From positions 3,455 to 67,454 of the forward strand of contig JAFYOJ010000191.1 in NCBI GenBank assembly GCA_017560225.1: 64,000 nucleotides of DNA, read 5' to 3'. The notes beneath the pieces are model-generated. The model was not told where the DNA came from and did not search any database. It worked only from the letters and a program-made list of their open reading frames with translations. Source of the stretch: Clostridia bacterium. Lineage in GTDB: Bacteria; Bacillota; Clostridia; UBA1212; UBA1255. This document shows, in pieces, positions 1 to 8,461 of this stretch. Each line of letters opens with the position of its first letter. Position 1 is the stretch's first letter. A program made the position numbers and the translations under genes.

Positions 1-1278
1 TGCAACAGCAGAATCCGTAATCAATTCGGAAGCCTTGCGAAGTTGAATATCACGAATCACCGCTTCTGTGCTGGCTGCATACAATGCTTTCACTTCTTCA
101 ACGGGCTTCTTCATATATTCAGCAGCTTCTTGGAATTCCTTATCGATTTCCTCTTGCGTTGCCTCGATCTTCTCTGCTGCAACAATCGCCTCTAATACCA
201 AGTCACGGCGTACGTTAATCTCAGCTTGAGGTCTTACTCTTTCCTTAAATTCTTCTACAGTAGTACCCATGTACTGGCAGTACTTCGCCATATCCATACC
301 GTACATGCTGAGCTGTTGCTCCATACGACGTACTTCCTGCTCCTGAGAAGCTTGAATCATACACTCGGGAATCTCTACCTCTGCATTGGTAATTGCAGTC
401 TTCAATGCTTCCTCATCCATTGCGCGCTTAGCTTCTTCTTCCTTCTTTGCAAGCATCTTTGCCTTCAAATCAGCCTTGTATTCAGCCAAGGTTTCAAATT
501 CACTTACGTCAGATGCAAAAGCATCGTCAATAGCGGGAAGTTCTTCTGCCTTGATTTCGTGTACAGTTACTTTAAACTCAGCAGCTTTACCTGCAAGTTC
601 ACTTGCATGATACTCTTCAGGGAAAGTTACCTTTACAACGGTCTCGCCACCGACATTGATGCCAACCAGTTGCTCTTCAAAACTGGGGATAAACTGACCG
701 GAACCCAGCTTCAAGGAGAAATTCTCACCCTTGCCGCCATCAAAAGGAACACCGTCTACAGAACCTTCAAAATCGATTACAACTGTGTCATCCATAGCTG
801 CAGCACGATCTTCAACAGTAATCACACGTGCATTCTTCTTAGCTTCGTCCTCTACAGCCTTGTCCACGTCAGCATCGGAAACTTCAGCAGCAACCTTTGC
901 TACTTCCAAAGCTTTGTATGCGCCAAGCTTAACTTCAGGCTTGGTGTAAACTTCAACAGTGAAGACAGCCTTCTCAGTGTTAAACTCTTTCACGTCGATT
1001 TTCTGAGGATCAGAAACAACGTCCAACTTTAACTCTTCAATTGCAGCATAATAATCGTGGCCGATTACGTAATCCATTGCATCATTGTACAGAACTTCTT
1101 TGCCGTAAATCTGCTCAACTACCTTGCGAGGAGCCTTTCCGGGTCTGAAACCGTTCACGCGGAAATTCTTTGCGTTCTTCTTGAATGCATACGCCATACC
1201 CTCTTCAATCAACTCAGGGGCAGACTCAATCTCAAGACGAACTAAATTCTTATCAACATTCTCCAACTTTACTTTCAT
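1..1278 (-). CDS. tig: Trigger factor (peptidyl-prolyl isomerase chaperone), 5' part only. The gene runs off the left edge of the window.
   Basis: The ORF is absent from the track because it is open to the window edge. Reverse translation from ATG at 1278 gives MKVKLENVDKNLVRLEIESAPELIEEGMAYAFKKNAKNFRVNGFRPGKAPRKVVEQIYG, a clear trigger-factor N-domain (GFRxGKxP motif). The RBS GGAGGAAG lies 8 nt upstream (1283-1290). Confidence 0.85.
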   Translation of the reverse strand, partial: MKVKLENVDKNLVRLEIESAPELIEEGMAYAFKKNAKNFRVNGFRPGKAPRKVVEQIYGKEVLYNDAMDYVIGHDYYAAIEELKLDVVSDPQKIDVKEFNTEKAVFTVEVYTKPEVKLGAYKALEVAKVAAEVSDADVDKAVEDEAKKNARVITVEDRAAAMDDTVVIDFEGSVDGVPFDGGKGENFSLKLGSGQFIPSFEEQLVGINVGGETVVKVTFPEEYHASELAGKAAEFKVTVHEIKAEELPAIDDAFASDVSEFETLAEYKADLKAKMLAKKEEEAKRAMDEEALKTAITNAEVEIPECMIQASQEQEVRRMEQQLSMYGMDMAKYCQYMGTTVEEFKERVRPQAEINVRRDLVLEAIVAAEKIEATQEEIDKEFQEAAEYMKKPVEEVKALYAASTEAVIRDIQLRKASELITDSAVA

Positions 1279-1331
1279 AATTACTGCTTCCTCCTAACGG
1301 CACCTATTCTAAAAGGCCGTGCTATTTATAC

Positions 1332-1357
1332 AAAAAGCCTGCCACATGGGCAAGCCT
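1332..1357 (-). terminator. Candidate rho-independent terminator downstream of rpmE.
   Basis: On the minus strand the sequence is GGCUUGCC-CAUGU-GGCAGGCU followed by UUUUUGUAUAAAU. It forms an 8-bp stem that includes two G-U pairs. Confidence 0.45.
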
Positions 1358-1426
1358 TGAATGACGATGAGATGCGGGAACAGGCTTATAAGACAAGGGT
1401 CCCACATCCGAAAAACTGTTCCGGGC

Positions 1427-1624
1427 TCACAGACCGTATCTCTTATTGAACTTGTCAACACGTCCGCCGGTATCTACCAACTTCTGCTTTCCTGTGTAGA
1501 ACGGGTGGCACTTCGAACAAATTTCGACAGAAATTTCCTTCTTTGTCGAATAAGTTGTAAAAGTCTCGCCGCAAGCACACTTTGCAGTTGTCTCCTCAAA
1601 ATTCGGATGAATTCCTTCTTTCAT
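1427..1624 (-). CDS. rpmE: 50S ribosomal protein L31, Zn-ribbon type.
   Basis: The 65-aa product reads [22 protein letters not shown]...[13 protein letters not shown], with CxC...CxxC zinc-ribbon motifs. Confidence 0.95.
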   Translation of the reverse strand: MKEGIHPNFEETTAKCACGETFTTYSTKKEISVEICSKCHPFYTGKQKLVDTGGRVDKFNKRYGL

Positions 1625-1734
1625 TCCATGTCACCTTCTTTCACACAAATAAAGCACTGTCACTTTACTTTCATTCCATATCAAGCGCCGCCTGAACATG
1701 CTCATGAATAGCAACTGACAGAACAGCAGAGTGC

Positions 1735-1764
1735 ATTATACCATAGTTTCTTGGTAGATTGCAA
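1735..1764 (-). promoter_or_regulatory. Sigma-A-type promoter for rpmE.
   Basis: The minus strand reads TTGCAA, an 18-nt spacer, then TATAAT preceded by TGg (extended -10). This implies a 5'UTR of roughly 100 nt. Confidence 0.5.
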
Positions 1765-1767
1765 CCC

Positions 1768-3090
1768 TTATTTTCCCCCTTTTTGGAAAATTTTCTTAAC
1801 CGCCAACCCCGTACGCTGAAGCCATCCGGCATTCGGCACTTTCGGTTCCGGCAATTCACCATATTCCGGGGGAAGTTCCCCTGATGCTACACGTTTACGA
1901 AGTTTCCGTTCCACGTAAGTATCATAGAACACCACTTTGACTACCGCTGCCAACACGTCACCGATAATCATGCCCACAAAACCGAACAAAACGCCACCGA
2001 CGCATAAGCCAATCAAGACAAGCAAAGGACTGATACCCATCTGACCGCCCAAAATGTTCGGTGTAATAAACCAGTTGTCAATCATTTGAATAATCAAAAC
2101 GCAGATCAACACGCGCACGCCCATCCAGGGATCCTGCACAAGGCTAATCAAAACCACCGGAATGCCACCAATCCAAGGTCCAATATAGGGAATCAAATTG
2201 GTAAGGCCCAAAATCACCGCAAACAAAATCGCATAATCAACACGTGCAATCAACAATACAATATAAGAAAGAATCAAAATTACAATCGCCTGCAATAATT
2301 TCCCTGCGAAGTACCGTTTGAAAACATTGTCTACTTTTCTTCCTATATCGGTAATTTGATCTGCCGCGTCCCGTTTGAACAAGCCATGAACAATGCGATT
2401 GCCTGCCACTAACACCTTGTCTTTCTCCACAAGCATGTATACGGAAACCAACAACGTCATAAACACATTGAACACACCGGTACCGGTAGCCTTCGCAACA
2501 CGGATCCCCATCGTTGTGAGAAAATCCACATTGAGCCAACCCATAAGCGTGTCTTTAAGAGATGCAATACCATTCACAATTTCGCTTTGCATAGCAGGCG
2601 TCAAATTAAACCGTCCGCCTTCCACAATATCTTTATACAAGGCATTAATCGTGTCAAACATTTTAGGCATCATCTTGGCAAGATCCGTAATAGACTCCAC
2701 CAATTTAGGCACAATGGCGAACAGCAAAACCGCCACAAATGCGATCAAAGTAATATACGCAAGAACGATGCCAATACCGCGCTTCGTCTTGCCCGCTTTC
2801 ATCTTCTTCAAAATGCGCAGATCCAACCAGCAAATATAGGTATTCAAAACATATGCCAGAATAAATCCGGACGTCAAATAACCCAGTAGCGATACCATGT
2901 ATCGGAACGCATCGCCTAAAGAGGCTCGGAATCCTACGAAATCAAAAATAATCTTCGTAGACAAAATCAACAGAATCCCCAAGAGTAGGAACGTCTTAAA
3001 GTTCCACTCAGAGGGCTTTCTGTTGAAAAAAGGTTCTTTCTTCTTTGATTGCTGCGTGTTCTTCGGATCAGGATGTTGCTCCTGGTTCAT
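1768..3090 (-). CDS. AI-2E family transporter (PerM/UPF0118 membrane protein).
   Basis: The protein has multiple transmembrane segments and a C-terminal IGPWIGGIPVVLISL-type motif typical of AI-2E/UPF0118. The start was moved to the ATG at 3090 (MNQEQHPD) because GAGGTG sits 6 nt upstream. Confidence 0.75.
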   Translation of the reverse strand: MNQEQHPDPKNTQQSKKKEPFFNRKPSEWNFKTFLLLGILLILSTKIIFDFVGFRASLGDAFRYMVSLLGYLTSGFILAYVLNTYICWLDLRILKKMKAGKTKRGIGIVLAYITLIAFVAVLLFAIVPKLVESITDLAKMMPKMFDTINALYKDIVEGGRFNLTPAMQSEIVNGIASLKDTLMGWLNVDFLTTMGIRVAKATGTGVFNVFMTLLVSVYMLVEKDKVLVAGNRIVHGLFKRDAADQITDIGRKVDNVFKRYFAGKLLQAIVILILSYIVLLIARVDYAILFAVILGLTNLIPYIGPWIGGIPVVLISLVQDPWMGVRVLICVLIIQMIDNWFITPNILGGQMGISPLLVLIGLCVGGVLFGFVGMIIGDVLAAVVKVVFYDTYVERKLRKRVASGELPPEYGELPEPKVPNAGWLQRTGLAVKKIFQKGGK

Positions 3091-3111
3091 AATAAACACC
3101 TCACTCAATTC

Positions 3112-3837
3112 TTATTCTTCCCAGTTATGGTAAACCTCCATAACGTCATCGTTGTCATCCAAACCGTCCAAAAGACGCTCGATCTGCTCTAACTGCTTCT
3201 CGTCCTCGATGCGAACATAGTTCTGGGGTACCATACGTACGCTGGCTTCCAGGAATTCATACCCTTTCGCTTCCAACGCATCCCGAACAGCACCGAAATC
3301 AGCAGGTTCCGTGGTAATTTCGAAAGCATCTTCATCTGCACTGAAATCCTGTGCGCCAGCATCCAATGCGTCCATCATCACAGTATCCTCATCCTTGTCC
3401 CCGTCATTCTCAATAACGATAACGCCTTTCTGGTCAAACATAAAAGATACGCAACCGGAAGTGCCCATATTTCCGCCGAACTTATCAAATACGTGGCGAA
3501 CGTCCGCTGCGGTTCTGTTGCGGTTATCCGTAACACACTGAGCAATAATGGCAACGCCGGAAGGACCGTAACCCTCGTACGTAATTTCTTCCATCACATC
3601 GTTGGCACCTTCGCCGCTGGCCTTCTTAATACTTCTCTGAATATTATCATTGGGCATATTGGCAGCCTTTGCCTTAGCGATCACGTCCTTCAACTTGCTG
3701 TTGGCATCGGGATTGGGACCGCCTGCTTTAACGGCAATCTGCAACTCCTTACCTAATTTCGTGAAAACTTTCGCTCTGGCAGCGTCCGTCTTACCCTTTT
3801 TATTCTTAATATTGGCCCATTTAGAATGTCCTGACAT
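3112..3837 (-). CDS. yebC: YebC/PmpR family DNA-binding transcriptional regulator.
   Basis: The N-terminus [32 protein letters not shown] is a signature YebC start. The start was placed at the internal ATG at 3837, which has GGAGGAAG 4 nt upstream. Confidence 0.9.
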   Translation of the reverse strand: MSGHSKWANIKNKKGKTDAARAKVFTKLGKELQIAVKAGGPNPDANSKLKDVIAKAKAANMPNDNIQRSIKKASGEGANDVMEEITYEGYGPSGVAIIAQCVTDNRNRTAADVRHVFDKFGGNMGTSGCVSFMFDQKGVIVIENDGDKDEDTVMMDALDAGAQDFSADEDAFEITTEPADFGAVRDALEAKGYEFLEASVRMVPQNYVRIEDEKQLEQIERLLDGLDDNDDVMEVYHNWEE

Positions 3838-3968
3838 AAAACTTCCTCCATCAAAATACTTTGTCGATTGATTATATACTATTTCCCGGGAAATAACAAG
3901 TGAAAAACACGGGTACAAATCGGCTTTTTCCCACCATTTGTACCCGCGCACATTTTACAACCCTATTC

Positions 3969-4316
3969 TTACAGCACGTCCTTGGTCACAATAACCGCTG
4001 CACCGTACAAATCTTTACACACCACGTCGCCCACGCAACAAGGCGCCTCCACGGATAAACCGCGAATGGCCTCCATCGCCGCGAAAATAGACTCCTTCGG
4101 AATGGGGCAGGAAGTCTTCACGCTGGCCATGGTATCCTCTCGATTGGACACGCGCACAATGGACGTCACCGTTCTGGTTGGATGGGTGCACTCTTCAATG
4201 GCATATTGCTCCCCTTTCGCGCAGGTACAACCGGTCACTTTCAGCGCACCGATTTCTCCTTCCACCGTCACACTACAGCCTCTGGGGCAAACAATACAAA
4301 TTAAATCTCTTTTCAT
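3969..4316 (-). CDS. DUF1667 domain protein, the third component of the glycerol-3-phosphate dehydrogenase cluster.
   Basis: The 115-aa product is Cys-rich (CIVCPRGC, CTCAKGE). Its ATG overlaps the stop of the upstream oxidoreductase as ATGA. Confidence 0.75.
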   Translation of the reverse strand: MKRDLICIVCPRGCSVTVEGEIGALKVTGCTCAKGEQYAIEECTHPTRTVTSIVRVSNREDTMASVKTSCPIPKESIFAAMEAIRGLSVEAPCCVGDVVCKDLYGAAVIVTKDVL

Positions 4317-5563
4317 ACAATTTCCTCCAACGATACTGTAATCTCGCCCTGAACGTCGGCAAGTTTCTCTTTCTTAACAACAATCTTCTCCATCTCGCCG
4401 GGCGCTGCCTTCAAGCGAACAGCCGTTGCCAGCACTTCGTCGCCGGCTTTCACAGTGAAACGAACTTTGCCGTAAGGCTTTACAACGCGCAAGAACAAAG
4501 GAACGTCTTTCTCTTCCCCCAAATTAATTCTTTGGGGCAGTACGTAGCGAACCCCTGCACCGGGTTTCACGGAAACGGATACACCTTTCTTTCCGCCGCC
4601 CAAAACAAATTCTGCCGCGCCCAAGCCTGCAATTTCCGCCTCGTCGGATACGTAGTCTACCAAGTCATGTACCTGCAAAACGTTGCCGCAAGCAAAGATA
4701 CCGGGCACTTCCGTCTGGCGATTCTCGTCTACCAGCGCGCCGTTGGTAATAGGATCCATGGGGATACCGGCCGCCCGGGTCAGTTCATTCTCGGGGATCA
4801 AGCCAACGGACAAGAGGAGTGTGTCGCAAGGGATGTACCGTTTGGTTTCGGGTAAAATGCGGCGGTTCTCATCCACCTGTGCAATGGTGACGCCTTCTAC
4901 ACGGTCGGTACCGTGAATTTCCGCAACCGTATGACTCAAATAAAGAGGAATGCCGTAATCTTCCAAGCACTGTACAATATTTCTGGTCAAACCGCCGGAA
5001 TAAGGCATAATCTCACAAACGGCCTCTACCTTGGCACCTTCTAAAGACATACGGCGAGCCATAATCAAACCGATATCGCCGGAACCCAAAATAACCGCTT
5101 TCTTGCCCACGGTATAACCCATGCAGTTAATCAACTTCTGCGCCGTACCTGCGCTGTATACGCCGGCAGGACGGGTTCCTGCAACGGACAATGCACCGCG
5201 GCTTCTTTCCCGGCAACCCATAGCCAATACAACGGCACCGGCTTGAATCTTCATCAAACCTTCCCGGCTCTGCGCCGTTACAACCAAGTCAGGAGAAATA
5301 GCCGTCACCATGGTGGTGTGGTACACTTTAATACCCCGCTCTTCCACCTGTTTCTTATATACGTCCGCATACTCGGGACCGGTCAATTCGCGGCCCAATT
5401 TATGTAAACCAAATCCATTGTGAATACACTGGCGCAAGATGCCGCCCAGCTCTTCTTCACGGTCAATAATGACTGTATCGGTAACGCCTCTGTCATACGC
5501 AGCAATAGCTGCTGCCATACCGGCAGGACCGCCGCCTACAATTACAACACTATGTTTCATCAT
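4313..5563 (-). CDS. NAD(P)/FAD-dependent oxidoreductase (pyridine nucleotide-disulfide oxidoreductase family), the middle gene of the glycerol-3-phosphate dehydrogenase cluster.
   Basis: The N-terminus has a VVIVGGGPAGMAAAIAA Rossmann dinucleotide-binding motif. The RBS is AGGAGG. Confidence 0.8.
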   Translation of the reverse strand: MMKHSVVIVGGGPAGMAAAIAAYDRGVTDTVIIDREEELGGILRQCIHNGFGLHKLGRELTGPEYADVYKKQVEERGIKVYHTTMVTAISPDLVVTAQSREGLMKIQAGAVVLAMGCRERSRGALSVAGTRPAGVYSAGTAQKLINCMGYTVGKKAVILGSGDIGLIMARRMSLEGAKVEAVCEIMPYSGGLTRNIVQCLEDYGIPLYLSHTVAEIHGTDRVEGVTIAQVDENRRILPETKRYIPCDTLLLSVGLIPENELTRAAGIPMDPITNGALVDENRQTEVPGIFACGNVLQVHDLVDYVSDEAEIAGLGAAEFVLGGGKKGVSVSVKPGAGVRYVLPQRINLGEEKDVPLFLRVVKPYGKVRFTVKAGDEVLATAVRLKAAPGEMEKIVVKKEKLADVQGEITVSLEEIV

Positions 5564-5578
5564 GATGCTGTCCTCCTG

Positions 5579-7012
5579 TTAAATCCGTCCTGTGGCAAGA
5601 TTGGAATCTTTGCCCTTCTTGGTAACCTGCTCCATAGGAACGCCATTTTCCTCTGCAATCAGCTTCATAACGTAAGGCATACAGAATCCGCCTTGACAAC
5701 GTCCCATGCCGGAACGGGTTCTGCGTTTCACACCGTCTACGTCATGAGCCGGCGGGTTTCTCCGGATGGCATCTCGAATTTCTCCTTCGCTCACCATCTC
5801 GCAGCGGCAAATAATACGGCCGTATGCGGGATGCTCCGCAATATAAGCACTCTTCTCTTCGTCGCTCATCTTCTTGATAAAGTGAGGATCGGGGCGGGTG
5901 CCGTCGAAGGCGGGGTTGGCAAGGAGTTCAAGGCCGATGCTGCCCAAAATCTCCACCGCATACTCTGCAATGGCTACGCAAGACGTAAGGCCGGGAGAGT
6001 CAATGGCTGCTACGTTCACAAAATTCTCTGCGTTCTTGGCAGGCTCAATAATAAAGTCGCCGGTAGCAACGGAAGCACGTACGCCGGAGAAAGAGGTAAT
6101 CACCTGACGATAGTCCACACCGGGCACACTCTTTTTGGAAAGATTGCGCACAATGGCAAGGCCGTCATCCGTAGTTTCAGTGCTGCCGGAGGTCCGTACA
6201 CGAAGTGCCGTGGGACCGGTGAGCAAGTTATTGTCCACGGTAGGACTGACCAGAATGCCTTTTCCCTCTTTGGAGGGTACCTGGAAAATGGTGCGAGATA
6301 CACGCACGCCTTCAGATTTATCCAAAAGCAAGTATTCGCCGGCTCTGGGGATGATGGTGAAAGAGTCATCGCCCACCATGGCAGAAATCTTATCAGAATA
6401 AGCGCCGGCACAGTTTACAACAAATCGACCTTGCACAGACTGACCGTCTTTCGCTGTCACGGTGTAAATACCATTCGCGCGCTGAATTGCGGCAATTTCA
6501 AAATTGGTTTTGAGGGTTGCGCCATTATCCATAGCATTGCCAACCGCTGCAATGGTCAGCTCATAAGGACAAATAATACCTGCTGAAGGAATATTTAATA
6601 CCAGTGTAATAGCTTCAGAAAGTTCCGGTTCTAAAGCGCGAGCCTCGTCGCCCGTAAGGATGGACATCCCTTGGATTCCATTCTCCAAGCCTCTTTCATA
6701 AAGTTCGTGAATAGCAGGCTCTTCTTCTTCGCCGAAGGCACAAACCAAGGATCCGTTTTGCTTATGGGGTACATGGAGCATCTTAGCAGTTTCATACAAC
6801 TTGCTAATACCTGCCGTATTCATCTTCGCTTTGAGCGTTTCCGGTTCCGGGTCGAAGCCACCGTGGATAATACCGCTGTTGGCTTTGGATGCACCGCAAG
6901 CTACGTCGCTTTCTTTCTCCAGGATGCACACGTTCAATTTGTATTTGGTTAGTTCTCGGGCTACCATACCGCCGATTACACCGGCACCGGCAACAATTAC
7001 ATCGTAAATCAT
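5579..7012 (-). CDS. FAD-dependent glycerol-3-phosphate dehydrogenase/oxidase family protein with a C-terminal BFD-like [2Fe-2S]-binding domain.
   Basis: The N-terminus MIYDVIVAGAGVIGGMVARE is an FAD-binding GxGxxG motif. The C-terminus CRCEMVSEGEIRDAIRR...GMGRCQGGFC is a BFD-like domain. The RBS is AAGGAG. Confidence 0.8.
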   Translation of the reverse strand: MIYDVIVAGAGVIGGMVARELTKYKLNVCILEKESDVACGASKANSGIIHGGFDPEPETLKAKMNTAGISKLYETAKMLHVPHKQNGSLVCAFGEEEEPAIHELYERGLENGIQGMSILTGDEARALEPELSEAITLVLNIPSAGIICPYELTIAAVGNAMDNGATLKTNFEIAAIQRANGIYTVTAKDGQSVQGRFVVNCAGAYSDKISAMVGDDSFTIIPRAGEYLLLDKSEGVRVSRTIFQVPSKEGKGILVSPTVDNNLLTGPTALRVRTSGSTETTDDGLAIVRNLSKKSVPGVDYRQVITSFSGVRASVATGDFIIEPAKNAENFVNVAAIDSPGLTSCVAIAEYAVEILGSIGLELLANPAFDGTRPDPHFIKKMSDEEKSAYIAEHPAYGRIICRCEMVSEGEIRDAIRRNPPAHDVDGVKRRTRSGMGRCQGGFCMPYVMKLIAEENGVPMEQVTKKGKDSNLATGRI

Positions 7013-7024
7013 CTCTACATCTCC

Positions 7025-7705
7025 TTATTCTTCTGCAATGTATACCACGTGTTCAACCACGGAAATTTTCGAAAATTCCAATTCTGTTTTCTTTCCAAAC
7101 GTAAGCGCCAAACCCAAATGGCCTTCGTATCCGCTCTTGGGCGGAAGCACCTGTACGTTAAAAGGCAACTCCAATGTTGCACGCAGGTTAGCGATAATTT
7201 CATTGGTCTTATACATATCGTCAATCTCTACGTAAAGAACTTCTGCATTCTTACGACCACGTTCCATACGAGCAAACAAATTGATGGATAACATCAAAAG
7301 TACCGTTACAACAGCAGCGCCGATGCAGAATCCATAGCCAATGGCAATGCCAATGGTGGCCGTAGCCCAGATGCCCGCTGCAGTGGTCAAGCCTACAATG
7401 GTATTGTTGCTCTTTAAAATAATCATCCCCGCACCCAAGAAACCAATGCCGGAAATAACTTGCGCGGGAATACGAAGCACATCCCCGCCGTAGTTTAACA
7501 CTTCCGATACGTACAAAGACGTCATGGCAGTCATAGCCGCACCCAAGCAAACCAGTATATGGGTACGCATACCGGCTGCGCGACCGTGTTTTGCGCGTTC
7601 TGCACCAATCAAGCAACCCACGACAATGGCAAGAATTGCACGAATTGCAACTTGTATAATACCAAACGTGGACAAGTAGTCCGCAATCATTCTATATGTT
7701 TCCAT
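7025..7705 (-). CDS. mgtC: MgtC/SapB family membrane protein.
   Basis: The segment AERAKHGRAAGMRTHILVCLGAAM matches the MgtC family. The start was placed at ATG 7705 (METYRM) with AGGAG upstream. The gene lies 20 nt downstream of glpP and 12 nt upstream of the dehydrogenase. Confidence 0.75.
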   Translation of the reverse strand: METYRMIADYLSTFGIIQVAIRAILAIVVGCLIGAERAKHGRAAGMRTHILVCLGAAMTAMTSLYVSEVLNYGGDVLRIPAQVISGIGFLGAGMIILKSNNTIVGLTTAAGIWATATIGIAIGYGFCIGAAVVTVLLMLSINLFARMERGRKNAEVLYVEIDDMYKTNEIIANLRATLELPFNVQVLPPKSGYEGHLGLALTFGKKTELEFSKISVVEHVVYIAEE

Positions 7706-7725
7706 ACCGTCAATCTCCTGTGTTC

Positions 7726-8286
7726 TTATATGTACCAAAGATCTTTCGATCCCGTAGAAACAGCCGTTGCCCCACAGGCCAATACTTCCGTCACTTCCGT
7801 TTTCGTTTCAATCAAGCCGCCGGCAATTACCGATACGCCATTCTGGGCAAAGCTCTTAATAATCTTTCCGATCACACCGGGCATCAGCTCAATCATATCC
7901 GGCGCCACCGTTTCCAGCATTTCGTGAATGCTTTTAATGCCTTGAGAATCCAATGCGAAAAATCTTTGTACCGTATAAAGACCAAAATCCCGTGCTTGGC
8001 GAATCAGTTGGCCCCTGGTACTAATAATACCATCCGCACCCGCTTTTGCCAAGAACTCAATACCGGCTCTGTCTTTGCCGATGCCGGAAGCCAGATCAAT
8101 ATGGACAAAAATCTTCTTTCCTGCTTGGTGCGCCGCCTGGATGCGTTGCGCCACAGTCAGAATGCTGGCTTTCAGATCAAATAACACTTCGCAGGGAGAT
8201 TCCAAAGCCGCTTTGAAATTCTCTTCGTACACAGAAGCAATAACCGGACTACGTTCAAAAATATCCTTCAATTCTGTCCCTTCCAC
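7726..8286 (-). CDS. glpP: Glycerol-3-phosphate-responsive antiterminator GlpP family.
   Basis: The 186-aa protein matches the size and alpha/beta character of GlpP (IISTRGQL...AGGLIETKTEV). It sits immediately upstream of the glycerol-3-phosphate dehydrogenase genes. The start is GTG with the RBS TAGGAGG 8 nt upstream. Confidence 0.65.
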   Translation of the reverse strand: MEGTELKDIFERSPVIASVYEENFKAALESPCEVLFDLKASILTVAQRIQAAHQAGKKIFVHIDLASGIGKDRAGIEFLAKAGADGIISTRGQLIRQARDFGLYTVQRFFALDSQGIKSIHEMLETVAPDMIELMPGVIGKIIKSFAQNGVSVIAGGLIETKTEVTEVLACGATAVSTGSKDLWYI

Positions 8287-8300
8287 AGGTGCCGCCTCCT

Positions 8301-8356
8301 AAAAATAAAATAAAAAAAGACGCAAACTACCCCCTTATCCCGTGGGTATTTGCATC
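8301..8356 (-). promoter_or_regulatory. Terminator-like leader hairpin (candidate attenuator) in the glpP 5'UTR.
   Basis: The minus-strand RNA reads GAUGCAAAUACCC-acgggauaa-GGGGGUAGUUUGCGUC followed by UUUUUUUAUUUUAUUUUU. It lies immediately before the glpP RBS and downstream of the predicted promoter. Confidence 0.45.
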
Positions 8357-8377
8357 TCCAATCATCTCTGCTCTTTT

Positions 8378-8406
8378 ATTATAAAAACAGGATAGGCTTT
8401 TGTCAA
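8378..8406 (-). promoter_or_regulatory. Consensus sigma-A promoter for the glpP operon.
   Basis: The minus strand reads TTGACA, a 17-nt spacer, then TATAAT. Confidence 0.55.
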
Positions 8407-8461
8407 GAGTGCCGGGCCAAATGGCATCAATTCCCACGCCATTTAACCCGGCACTTTATGC

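Noticed and set aside
226-1032. 268-aa plus-strand ORF at the left edge, with nested plus-strand ORFs at 386..610 and 731..949.
   Set aside because: It lies entirely antisense to the trigger-factor coding region. It has no RBS and a low-complexity, Leu/Ser/Phe-rich translation typical of antisense frames of a purine-rich gene.
5420-6586. 388-aa plus-strand ORF.
   Set aside because: It is antisense to the FAD-dependent glycerol-3-phosphate dehydrogenase gene. The translation is featureless and Ala/Gly/His/Arg-rich with no start signals.
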